Of a stretch of 64,000 bases of DNA, positions 30,990 to 39,604 are shown piece by piece (positions within the stretch are counted from its first letter, which is position 1; every line of letters begins with the position of its first letter). Position numbers and translations under genes: made by a program. Origin of the DNA: an uncultured Chloroflexia bacterium (GTDB lineage Bacteria > Chloroflexota > Limnocylindria > Limnocylindrales > CSP1-4); NCBI GenBank assembly GCA_963712745.1, contig CAVQJC010000011.1, positions 64,001 through 128,000 on the forward strand, written 5' to 3'. Under the pieces are notes generated by a model, which was not told the DNA's origin, made no database searches, and saw nothing but the letters and a program-made list of their open reading frames with translations.

Positions 30990-32105
30990 CTAGGCGAGTG
31001 AGACCGCCTCGCCTACCCCCTGGTTCGCCGGCTCAGTGCCCGAGTCGGCCTGCTCCTCCAGCCAGCGCTCGGCGTCGATGGCCGCCCGGCAGCCATCGCC
31101 GGCCGCGGTGACGGCCTGGCGGTAGCGGTGATCGTGGACGTCGCCGGCCACGAACACGCCTTCCACGTTGGAGTAGGTGTGATCGACGACCTCGAGGTAG
31201 CCCTTGTCATCGATGTCGAGATGCTCGCGGAAGACCTCGGTATTGGGCTTGTGGCCGATGGCGATGAAGAGCCCCTCGATGGGCATCTGGCGCTTCTCCC
31301 CGGACAGCGTATCGGTCAGCTCCAGGCCCTCGATCTTGTCTGCGCCGAGCACGTCCGTGACCTGCGTATTCCACTCGATGCTGATCTTGGGGTGCGTCTT
31401 GGCGCGGTTCTGCATGATGCGGCTGCCGCGGAACTCGTCACGCCGGTGGATGAGCACGATCTCGCTGGCGAACTTGGTCAGGAACAGCGCCTCCTCGAGC
31501 GCGCTGTCCCCACCGCCGACCACCGCGATCCTCTTGTCACGGAAGAAGAAGCCGTCGCAGGTGGCGCAGGCCGACACGCCGCGTCCGCGCAGGCGCGTCT
31601 CGTTCTCCAGGTCGAGCCAGATGGCGCTGGCGCCGGTGGCCACGATGACCGCGTCGGCGGTGTACCGGGTGCCGCCGGCGGTGACCTTGAAGGGGCGTTC
31701 GCTGAAGTCGACCGAGTCCACGTCGATATCGTGCAGGCGGGCGCCGAAGCGCTCCGCCTGGGCGCGCATGTTGGCCATCAGGGCTGGGCCGTCGATGCCC
31801 TCGGGGAAGCCGGGGAAGTTCTCGACCTCGCTGGTGATCATGAGCTGGCCGCCGGGCACGAAACCGGCGATGACGAGCGGCTCGAGATCAGCGCGCGCGG
31901 CGTAGATGGCGGCGGTCAGGCCGGCCGGGCCGCTGCCGATGATGAGCACGCGCGCATGCGAGCCCTTGCCGGCGGTCGCGGCCGCCGGCGCGGATTCCGT
32001 TGGCTGCTCCATCGCGATGGGGGCGATGGGTGCGACCGGCGTCGTCTCGGCCCCGCTGTCGTCGAGGATCTGCAGGCCTCCGAAGCCGGGTGCGTTCTCG
32101 TTCAT
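30990..32105 (-). CDS. trxB: Thioredoxin reductase with N-terminal low-complexity extension
   Basis: GSGPAG, CATCDG, GGGDSA, HRRD, GDV..YRQAVTAAG. Confidence 0.95.
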   Translation of the reverse strand: MNENAPGFGGLQILDDSGAETTPVAPIAPIAMEQPTESAPAAATAGKGSHARVLIIGSGPAGLTAAIYAARADLEPLVIAGFVPGGQLMITSEVENFPGFPEGIDGPALMANMRAQAERFGARLHDIDVDSVDFSERPFKVTAGGTRYTADAVIVATGASAIWLDLENETRLRGRGVSACATCDGFFFRDKRIAVVGGGDSALEEALFLTKFASEIVLIHRRDEFRGSRIMQNRAKTHPKISIEWNTQVTDVLGADKIEGLELTDTLSGEKRQMPIEGLFIAIGHKPNTEVFREHLDIDDKGYLEVVDHTYSNVEGVFVAGDVHDHRYRQAVTAAGDGCRAAIDAERWLEEQADSGTEPANQGVGEAVSLA

Positions 32106-32126
32106 CGGTCTCATCCTAGCATCTAT

Positions 32127-32151
32127 CTTGATACTCCCAGGGAGTATCAAG
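32127..32151. promoter_or_regulatory. Perfect palindrome CTTGATACTCCC-A-GGGAGTATCAAG upstream of trxB (candidate operator)
   Basis: 12-bp arms with a 1-bp spacer, about 20 bp upstream of the trxB start. Confidence 0.6.
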
Positions 32152-32182
32152 GGGCGTTCGTGTCAGGCGTGTGACGGATGGG

Positions 32183-33103
32183 TCAGGGCAAGGGGCTGGG
32201 TGTACCGAGCCCGCGCAGCTGGGGGATGACAGAGCGGCCGATGAGCTCGAGCTTGGCCAGATCGGCCACGTCGCGCACGCTGAAGATGGCGTGCTGTGCC
32301 CCGGCTTCAGCGGTGCGACCGAGTCGCTCCACCATGGCCTCGGGCGTGAGCGAACGACGTGCGCCGTCGGGCGTGATCGACACCTGGGTCAGGAACGTCT
32401 TCTCGATCTCGTCGTAGTCCCGGCCGACCGCCTGGCAGTGGCCTCGAAGCACCTCGTACTTGTGGCGCAACTGCGAGGGGTCGGTACCGAAGACGTTGCA
32501 GGCGTCGGCGTACTTGGCCACGAGCTTCAGCGTGCGTCGCTCCCCGCCGCCGCCGATGAGGATGGGTGGGTGCGGCCGCGACAGCGCCTGCGGGGCGTTC
32601 AGCGGGTCAGTGGCCTGGTAGTGGCGGCCGTCGAAGCGTTCACGCTGGCCCTGCTCACCACGCCAGGCCGCATGCGCCAACTGCAGGGTCTCCTCCAGCA
32701 TCTCGAAGCGGTCACCCAGCGGCGGCATGGGGAAGCCCCAGGCGCGTGATTCCTGCTCGTTCCAAGCGGCTCCGATGCCGAACCAGGCACGTCCGCCGCT
32801 GAGCACGTCGAGCGTGGTCGCCGCCTTGATCCAGAGGCCGGCCATCCGGTAGTGGATGCCTCCGACCATCAGCCCCAGGCGCGCTCGCCTCGAATGCGCG
32901 GCCATGAAGCCGAGCGCCGTCATGCCCTCGAGCATCGGTTCCTCGGGCTTGCCCACCGAGCCGATCTGGAGGAAGTGGTCCATGACCCAGATCGAATCGA
33001 AGCCGGCTTCGTCCGCGGTGCGCACGATAGAAGCCAGCGTCTCACCGATGGCGGCATCGCCACCGGGCCAGGTGAACGAGCTGATCTGCAGTCCGACCTT
33101 CAT
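32183..33103 (-). CDS. LLM-class (probably F420-dependent) oxidoreductase
   Basis: WVMDHF, LDVLSGGRA..GIGAAW, ILIGGGGE, AKYADACN; lies directly downstream of the cof genes. Confidence 0.88.
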   Translation of the reverse strand: MKVGLQISSFTWPGGDAAIGETLASIVRTADEAGFDSIWVMDHFLQIGSVGKPEEPMLEGMTALGFMAAHSRRARLGLMVGGIHYRMAGLWIKAATTLDVLSGGRAWFGIGAAWNEQESRAWGFPMPPLGDRFEMLEETLQLAHAAWRGEQGQRERFDGRHYQATDPLNAPQALSRPHPPILIGGGGERRTLKLVAKYADACNVFGTDPSQLRHKYEVLRGHCQAVGRDYDEIEKTFLTQVSITPDGARRSLTPEAMVERLGRTAEAGAQHAIFSVRDVADLAKLELIGRSVIPQLRGLGTPSPLP

Positions 33104-33121
33104 GACGAGAAGTCTAGCGAG

Positions 33122-33177
33122 GCCGGACCGCAGGCAGGCCCTGACGCCGGACCGTAGGCAGGCCCTGACGCCGGACC
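33122..33177. repeat. 24-bp tandem repeat GCCGGACCGYAGGCAGGCCCTGAC x2.3
   Basis: Read directly from the intergenic sequence between cofE and the LLM gene. Confidence 0.85.
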
Positions 33178-33179
33178 CG

Positions 33180-33962
33180 CTAGCGGAAGAGGTCCTGCTC
33201 GGTGGGCATGATCACATCCGGAGCGACGGAGCCCGTCCCGGGCGGGAGGCGGGCACCCCGGATGAGCACGACCGGCTGGCGGCTGGTCTTGCCCGAGGCG
33301 AGTTCCGCCACCGAGGCCAGCTCGTCGGCCACGGCCACGACCGTGGCCGACATCTCTCGCCCCTCGGTATCGGCCTGTCCGCGCATGTCGTCGAGCGGCC
33401 GGAACCCCGAAACGCCTACGGCCACGTCAGTGATGCCCAGGCGCCAGGGCCGGCCGAACGAATCCGACACCACCACCGCCACGTCCACGCCCAGCTCCTC
33501 GAGGATCGCCTGCCGCAGGCCCGCGGCCGAGCGATCGGGGTCGTCGGGCAGCAGCGTGACCACGCCCTCGTCTCCGACGTTGGAGGCGTCCACGCCGGCG
33601 TTGGCGCAGACGAAGCCGTGGTGCGTACGGCTGATGATGATGCCCCGCTCCATGCGCACGACCTCGGCCGACTCACGCAGCACCACCTCTACCTGGCGCG
33701 GATCCTTGCCCCAGGCCCGCGCCCAATCGGCCGCCTCTGGCCGCGGTTCGACCTCAGCGAGGCGGACCACTCGACCCTCGGCCTTGGACACGACCTTCTG
33801 GGTCACGACGAGCACGTCGCCCTGGGCCGGTGCCAGCGTCGGGTCCTCGGTGACGAGCGCCCACCAGGCCTCGGCGATCAGGCGGCCCAGGTCGTCGCCC
33901 GGCCTGACCTCCGGCAGCGCTGGCAGTGGCACGGCCGTCAACCGCCCGCCTGCTGCGGTCAC
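33180..33962 (-). CDS. cofE: Coenzyme F420-0:L-glutamate ligase
   Basis: PEVRPGDDL, QKVVSKAEGR, ANAGVDASN, DSFGRPWRLG, ADELA, DLFR. Confidence 0.93.
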   Translation of the reverse strand: MTAAGGRLTAVPLPALPEVRPGDDLGRLIAEAWWALVTEDPTLAPAQGDVLVVTQKVVSKAEGRVVRLAEVEPRPEAADWARAWGKDPRQVEVVLRESAEVVRMERGIIISRTHHGFVCANAGVDASNVGDEGVVTLLPDDPDRSAAGLRQAILEELGVDVAVVVSDSFGRPWRLGITDVAVGVSGFRPLDDMRGQADTEGREMSATVVAVADELASVAELASGKTSRQPVVLIRGARLPPGTGSVAPDVIMPTEQDLFR

Positions 33963-34666
33963 ACGCCGTCCCCGTCGGCAGCAGCCCGGCCAAGCTCGGT
34001 CAGCTCCCGCATGCGGGCCGGGTCGAGGCGCTCGAGGTCGTCGGGCGTGTCGAGGTCAAAGCCCAGGACGTCATCGCTGATGACCTGCACCGCAGCCCCG
34101 GCCCTCTCCGCCGCTCGCAGGTGGGCCGCGAAGCTGTCGGGCCCGAAGGCCGGGGCGATGACCTTGGGCGGCTGCAGCAACAACGCGTTGGTGCCGCCGC
34201 CGGCGTCGGACGGTGCGATCGCCACGAGTGGGGCCCCCGCGGCCGCAACCATGCCGGCGTCGGCCGCCATCATCAGCTCTTCGAGCGCCTCGACCGTCAG
34301 GTACGGAAGGTCGCCCGGCAACACGAGCACGCTCGCGGCGTCTTCGTCGCGAGCTGCGCGGACTCCCAGGCGGATGCCCTCGTTGAGGCCTTCGCCCTGC
34401 TGGCGATGGACGGTCACTTCGACGCCGGCCTGACGGGTCGCGGCGTCGAGCACCGGATCGGGGCTGACGATGTGGATGCGCCGGCAGACCTTCCACTTCC
34501 CGAGTACGGCCAGCGTGTGCAGCAGCATGCCCAACACGAGCTCTTCTCGTTCCTCGGCATCCAGCGCGCCGCCCAGGCGCGCCTTGCCGCCGGACACCGT
34601 GCGCATGGGCAGCACCACGTGGACGGGCTCGAGCTCGCTCTCGCGGATGGGTCGGTCGTCGCTCAT
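33959..34666 (-). CDS. cofC: 2-phospho-L-lactate/PEP guanylyltransferase
   Basis: GKARL, GLN, PGDLP, GGGTNALL, FGPDSF..H, DLDTPDDL. Confidence 0.9.
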   Translation of the reverse strand: MSDDRPIRESELEPVHVVLPMRTVSGGKARLGGALDAEEREELVLGMLLHTLAVLGKWKVCRRIHIVSPDPVLDAATRQAGVEVTVHRQQGEGLNEGIRLGVRAARDEDAASVLVLPGDLPYLTVEALEELMMAADAGMVAAAGAPLVAIAPSDAGGGTNALLLQPPKVIAPAFGPDSFAAHLRAAERAGAAVQVISDDVLGFDLDTPDDLERLDPARMRELTELGRAAADGDGV

Positions 34667-34700
34667 CGGTCAGGTGATGGTAGTCGCCATGGGCGGCACG

Positions 34701-35702
34701 TCAGTCGGTCGGATGGGCCCCGAGGATGGCAGCGCCCAGTCGCTCACGGTCGTGGTAGGAGCGCATGACGGTATCGAGCACGTCGACCGCGATCCCCTGG
34801 TCGCGCAGCACCGCGGCCTCTGCCGCGTCGGTGCCATCGAGCACGAAGGTGTCGACCAGGCCCGGATAGTGCTCCCGGTAGTGCGCCACGAAGCCGCTCG
34901 CGGAGGCGGACCCCCCGAGCGACTCGAGCATGCGGTCGGCCGGTCCTCGCAGTGCCTTCCCGGCGACCACCGGGCTCACGGCCACGATCGGTGCCGCTGC
35001 GGCCAGCAGCGCATCGAGCAGTCCGGGCACGGCCAAGATGGTCCCGACCGAGACGAACGGGTTCGAGGGAGCCACTACGATGAGCCGGGCCGCGGCCAGG
35101 GCGGACAGCACCTCGGGCGTCGGCCGAGCCCGTTCGATGCCCAGCCGGCGGACCTCCAGCACGGTGTCCCGTTGGCCACGGCGCACGAAGTAGTCCTGGA
35201 ACTCGAGCCAGCCATCGGGCGTGCGTACCTCGGTGCGCACCGTCTCATCGCTCATGGGCAGCAGCCGGGCCGGGACCTCCAGGCGCGCCGCCAGCTCGGC
35301 GGTGACCTCGGTCAGGCGCAGGCCCTCGCGCAGCAGCTGGGTGCGGCGGATGTGGGTGGCCATGTCACGGTCGCCGAGCTTGAACCAGGTCTCTGCGCCG
35401 TATCGGCCCAGCATGGCCGAGGTCGACCAGGTCTCGTCGCGCACGCCCCAGCCGGTCTCGTCGTTGGCCAGGCCCGCCAGCGTGTACATGACCGTGTCGA
35501 GGTCCGGCGAGACGGCCAGGCCATGTATCTCCAGGTCATCACCGGTGTTCACCACCACCGAGAGGTCGAGAGGAGCGAGGCCGTGTGCGCCCCGCGCGGC
35601 CGAGGCCAGGGCCAGGCCGTGGCTGAGCTTGGCTCCGCCGTAGCCGCCCGCGAGCACGACGAGCCCGGGGCCGCCGTTCAGGAAGGACTCGTCAGCGCTC
35701 AC
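34701..35702 (-). CDS. cofD: 2-phospho-L-lactate/EPPG:Fo transferase
   Basis: LAGGYGGAK, NTGDD, PDLDTVMY, LGDRD, APSNPFVS, GPADR. Confidence 0.93.
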   Translation of the reverse strand: MSADESFLNGGPGLVVLAGGYGGAKLSHGLALASAARGAHGLAPLDLSVVVNTGDDLEIHGLAVSPDLDTVMYTLAGLANDETGWGVRDETWSTSAMLGRYGAETWFKLGDRDMATHIRRTQLLREGLRLTEVTAELAARLEVPARLLPMSDETVRTEVRTPDGWLEFQDYFVRRGQRDTVLEVRRLGIERARPTPEVLSALAAARLIVVAPSNPFVSVGTILAVPGLLDALLAAAAPIVAVSPVVAGKALRGPADRMLESLGGSASASGFVAHYREHYPGLVDTFVLDGTDAAEAAVLRDQGIAVDVLDTVMRSYHDRERLGAAILGAHPTD

Positions 35703-36118
35703 GCGTCGGGGTGCTCCACGACGCGGTCGGGTCGGAGCACGAAGCTGATGCGTTCCTGGGGCTTGAACACCTCCCGGATCATGCGCTCGGCCTTGGCCGC
35801 ATCGTCGGCGTTGTAGCGTCGAGCCATCTCGGCGATGTCGGCCTGGGCTGTGGCCTGATCAGCCACCACCTCAACGCGTCCGCTGACGCTGACCCAGTCG
35901 TAGCCGGCCTCGATGAGCATGCTGCAGCGAGGGTCTCGCAGCAGGTTGGCGGGCCAGACGCGGCCGACCGCGGAGTTGAGCACAACGGCATCGCCACGCA
36001 CGAGATACCACACCACGGCCAGGTGCGGAGCGCCGCCGGCTGACACCGTCGCGAGCGTGCCGAACATGCCCTCGTGCTCCAGCACTGCGCGTGCCCAGCC
36101 CTCGATCCGTCGTGCCAT
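35699..36118 (-). CDS. PPOX-class (pyridoxamine oxidase-like, probably F420-binding) protein
   Basis: LATVSAGGAPH..VWY, NLLRDPR; overlaps the cofD start. Confidence 0.82.
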   Translation of the reverse strand: MARRIEGWARAVLEHEGMFGTLATVSAGGAPHLAVVWYLVRGDAVVLNSAVGRVWPANLLRDPRCSMLIEAGYDWVSVSGRVEVVADQATAQADIAEMARRYNADDAAKAERMIREVFKPQERISFVLRPDRVVEHPDA

Positions 36119-36243
36119 GTCCACTCCGCTCAGGCTACGTTCCATCGTGTGGTCGATCGTTGCCGCCCGATGATACGGGCGTTCGGGGTCTAGACTCGTC
36201 GCCTGATCCGAGAAACCACGGCTTGGACCAGGGGAGGAGCGAC

Positions 36244-36990
36244 ATGACCCAGATCCACCTTCGCGCCGAGGTCGGCGACTACGCACCGCTGGTGCTCCTG
36301 CCCGGCGATCCCAACCGGGCCCGGCGCGTGGCGGAGCTGTTCGACGGGGGCCTCGAGGGCGCCCGCCTCGTCAACGACCATCGCGGCATGCTCGGCTACA
36401 CCGGCGAGTACAAGGGCCGGCCGGTGAGTGTCCAGACCTCGGGCATGGGCACGCCATCCATCTCCATCGTGGTCGAGGAGCTGCTGAACCTCGGCGTTCG
36501 ACGGCTCGTGCGCATCGGCACCACCGGCGGCATCGGTCGCGGCGTCCGCGCTGCCGACATCGTGGTGGCCATGTCGGCGGTTCCGGCCGACGGCGCCACC
36601 AGCACCTACCTGCATGGCGAACCCTACGCGCCCACGGCCGACTTCGAGCTGACGCGCGCTCTCGTCGATACGGCTCGCTCCATGGATGTGCAGCCGCACA
36701 TCGGCCAGATCCTCACCGCCGACGTCTTCTACAACCCCGATCCCGACTACGTCTCGAAGTGGCGCGCTCGCAACATCCTCAGCGTCGAGATGGAGGCGGC
36801 AGCGCTCTTCACGCTCGCGGCACGGGCCGCGGCCACCGGCGCGGACGTCAAGGCCGCCTGCATCCTCACCGTCAGCGACACGATGTCCGATGAGGAGGAG
36901 ATCGGCGAGACCTATCTACCGCTCGACGCGCTCGAAAAGGCCACCGACCGCATGATCGAGGTGGCCCTGGAGGCCGGCCTCTCGATCTGA
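36244..36990 (+). CDS. deoD: Purine nucleoside phosphorylase (DeoD type)
   Basis: LPGDPNRA, GMGTPS, RIGT, DVFY, VEMEAA, LTVSD; GGAGGAG RBS. Confidence 0.85.
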   Translation: MTQIHLRAEVGDYAPLVLLPGDPNRARRVAELFDGGLEGARLVNDHRGMLGYTGEYKGRPVSVQTSGMGTPSISIVVEELLNLGVRRLVRIGTTGGIGRGVRAADIVVAMSAVPADGATSTYLHGEPYAPTADFELTRALVDTARSMDVQPHIGQILTADVFYNPDPDYVSKWRARNILSVEMEAAALFTLAARAAATGADVKAACILTVSDTMSDEEEIGETYLPLDALEKATDRMIEVALEAGLSI

Positions 36991-36997
36991 GGCGGCG

Positions 36998-37798
36998 ATG
37001 ACGCTGCATCTGCCGGTCGGGCTCAATCCGACCGCCATCGGGGTCGATGCGTCATGGTGGCTTGACGCTGTCGGCAGGGCCGAGGACGTTGGCTTCGGAA
37101 CGGCCTGGATCTGGGATCACTTCATCAGCCGGGGCGACCTCGACGACCCGCTGCTGGAGTGCTGGACCATGCTTACCGCAGCGGCCGTCTCCACCGAGCG
37201 CATCCGCGTGGGCTCGTTCGTGGCCAACGTCGTCAACCGCCATCCTGCGCTGCTGGCCAACATCGTGGGCACGCTCGCGGAACTCGCGCCTGGCCGGGTG
37301 GAGCTGGGCCTCGGCATCGGCGGCCACCCGCTCGAGCACCGCGCCTACGGCATGGAGTTCCCGCCCCCGCCCGAGCGGGCCGAGCGGCTCGAGGAGGCCG
37401 TGGCCGTGCTGCGCGCCCTGTTCGGGGGAGGCCCGGTCGACTACGAGGGACGCTACTACCGGCTCGAGCAAGCACGCGCGTTCCCGGTCCCGAGGCCCGC
37501 GCCGCGCATCACCATCGCCGGCCTGCGACCGGCCGGCGCCCGCCTGGCGGCACGCGTAGGAGACGCCTGGACCTGCTTCGCGCCCGAATACGAGCAACTG
37601 CGGCCGGTATTCGATGAGGCCCTGGTCGCGGCCGGCCGCGAGCTCGATGAGGTGGGCGTGGTCGTGGGCATCGAGCACGACGAGATCGACGAGGACCTGG
37701 CCACCCTGACCGCGCGCTGGCGAGGGCTGGGGGCGACCGAGCTCATCGTCCACGACGTGGGCCCGGGCGAGCTCGATCGCATCCTTGCCCTGGCCTGA
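36998..37798 (+). CDS. LLM-class flavin-dependent oxidoreductase
   Basis: WIWDHF, RHPALLA, GRVELGLG.GG, ERLEEA. Confidence 0.85.
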   Translation: MTLHLPVGLNPTAIGVDASWWLDAVGRAEDVGFGTAWIWDHFISRGDLDDPLLECWTMLTAAAVSTERIRVGSFVANVVNRHPALLANIVGTLAELAPGRVELGLGIGGHPLEHRAYGMEFPPPPERAERLEEAVAVLRALFGGGPVDYEGRYYRLEQARAFPVPRPAPRITIAGLRPAGARLAARVGDAWTCFAPEYEQLRPVFDEALVAAGRELDEVGVVVGIEHDEIDEDLATLTARWRGLGATELIVHDVGPGELDRILALA

Positions 37799-37860
37799 CC
37801 GGGACGCTTCCATGAGCGATGCGCTGACACTTCTCGTCGTCCGCGCTAGGCTCCACCTCG

Positions 37861-38379
37861 ATGACCGGACCAACGAACCCGACAGAAGCCCAGGGGGATA
37901 GCGGCTTCCTCGCGCCCAAGCCGGGCTCGAAGCCCGTGGACCACTGCTTTCGCTGCGGCGCCGAGACCGCGCCCGGGGTGGGCCTCTGCGACGCGCACAA
38001 CACCGGACACCTGTCCGGGCCCAGCGCTACCCAGATGCACGCTACCGTCTTCGGCGGCATCGTCCTGGGCGTCATCGGCTTCTTCGTCATCGCCAGCCTG
38101 GCGGTGACGACGACGGGCCCGTTCGCCTCCGCGGTCACCTCCGCGACCGCCGATGCGGACGGCGCCGTCGCGCTTGCCTTCACCGTCACCAACGAGGGTG
38201 CCGACCGGGGCGTAGCCGACTGTCGCATCACCCGCGACGGTGTGCCCCGACCCGACGACCTTGCCTTCCGCACGGTGGCGGTGCCCGGCGGCGAGACCAT
38301 CACGCTCGAGCGGCAGCTGACCCGTCCGCCCGCCCAACCCGGCTACGACACCGAGGCGCTCACGGTCGTCTGCAGCTAG
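37861..38379 (+). CDS. Hypothetical single-TM protein with N-terminal CxxC...CxxH motif
   Basis: CFRC..CDAH, hydrophobic helix, beta-rich C-terminal part; TAGGCT -10 box 8 nt upstream. Confidence 0.65.
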   Translation: MTGPTNPTEAQGDSGFLAPKPGSKPVDHCFRCGAETAPGVGLCDAHNTGHLSGPSATQMHATVFGGIVLGVIGFFVIASLAVTTTGPFASAVTSATADADGAVALAFTVTNEGADRGVADCRITRDGVPRPDDLAFRTVAVPGGETITLERQLTRPPAQPGYDTEALTVVCS

Positions 38380-38467
38380 GTCTCCTGCTCGCGCCCCGCG
38401 CGGCCCTGGGCTTCCGATGGCCGGTCCGCCCGGTCCGCTGTCTAGTCCGACCCGCTAGCATCAGGTA

Positions 38468-39256
38468 GTGCTCAAGCCAGACGCTGCCCACGAGCTGGAG
38501 ATCGCCTCGGAGGCTGCCCGCGTTGCCGGCCGCATCCAGATGGGACTGTACGAGCGCCTCGAGTCCATCGACTTCAAGAGCGAGAAGGACGTGGTCACCG
38601 AAGCCGACCACCTGAGCGAGGCAGCCATCCTCGAGATCATCGGCGGGGCCTTCCCCGGCGATGCCTTCCTGGCCGAGGAATTGGGTGAATCGGGCGTCCA
38701 GGCCGACCGGCTCTGGGTCATCGACCCGCTTGACGGGACCGTCAACTACGCCAACGGCATCCCCTTCTTCGCGGTCAGCATCGGGCTCGTCGTGGACGGG
38801 CAGCCAACGCTGGGCGTCGTGCTCGACCCCACCCGTGACGAGCTGTTCACGGCCATCAGGGGGCAGGGGGCCCACCTCAACGGGCAGCGCATCCGCAACC
38901 GGGCCAAGGAGCGCATGGCCGACGCCGTGGTCAGCCTGGGCCTGCCCAGCCGCGGCTTCGGAAGACAGTACCGGGAGATCCGACGACGCGTCCGCAACAC
39001 CCGCGCCATGGGCAGTGCCACGCTCTCGCTCACGTACCTGGCCAACGGGCGTTTCGACGCCTACGTGCAGTGGTCCAAGCTCTCGCTCTGGGACATCTGT
39101 GCCGCCGGCGTCATCGCCCTCGAGGGCGGCGCGGTCGTGACCTCAGCCCTGGGCAACAGCTGGTTCGGCATCGGCATGCCATCCAAGTCGATCGGCATCG
39201 TCGCCGCCCCGCCGCAACACCACCGGGCCTACCTCGAGCTTCTCACCGCCGACTGA
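38468..39256 (+). CDS. Inositol monophosphatase family protein
   Basis: VTEAD, AEE, WVIDPLDGTVNY, WDICA. Confidence 0.92.
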   Translation: MLKPDAAHELEIASEAARVAGRIQMGLYERLESIDFKSEKDVVTEADHLSEAAILEIIGGAFPGDAFLAEELGESGVQADRLWVIDPLDGTVNYANGIPFFAVSIGLVVDGQPTLGVVLDPTRDELFTAIRGQGAHLNGQRIRNRAKERMADAVVSLGLPSRGFGRQYREIRRRVRNTRAMGSATLSLTYLANGRFDAYVQWSKLSLWDICAAGVIALEGGAVVTSALGNSWFGIGMPSKSIGIVAAPPQHHRAYLELLTAD

Positions 39257-39294
39257 CAGCCGCTCCCCGACCGGCGGCCGCCCCCGCAGGGTCT

Positions 39295-39366
39295 CGCTTG
39301 CATCAGCTGCACGCATTCGGCCTCGAGGCCGACCGGGTGGCGCGTCGTGTTCATGTGGTGCAAGCG
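39295..39366. repeat. Imperfect inverted repeat (15/20 match) enclosing a perfect 16-bp palindrome
   Basis: CGCTTGCATCAGCTGCACGC ... GTGTTCATGTGGTGCAAGCG with TCGGCCTCGAGGCCGA at 39317-39332. Confidence 0.65.
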
Positions 39367-39431
39367 GTCGCCACCAGATCGCAGCCCACGCAAAGACCCC
39401 GCTCCCGCACCGCCAGACAGGTCGGACTCGT

Positions 39432-39545
39432 GCACCACACGCAACCTCGCTAGAGCGCGCACCACACACGCGCCGCCGCACCACACGCAACCTCGCTAGA
39501 GCGCGCACCACACACGCGCCGCCGCACCACACGCAACCTCGTTGA
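39432..39545. repeat. 46-bp A/C-rich tandem repeat (about 2.4 copies) with a degenerate tail to about 39590
   Basis: Unit GCACCACACGCAACCTCGCTAGAGCGCGCACCACACACGCGCCGCC. Confidence 0.88.
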
Positions 39546-39604
39546 CGCACGCGCAACGCACGCGCGCGGCCGCACCACACACGCGCCACCGCGCGCCGAT
39601 CCCG

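Noticed and set aside
36244-36990. deoD as part of the BMC locus
   Set aside because: Metabolically compatible but 23 kb away, with no matching operator box seen upstream.
39432-39590. Possible CRISPR array
   Set aside because: Units are contiguous tandem copies with no unique spacers, and there are no cas genes in the window.
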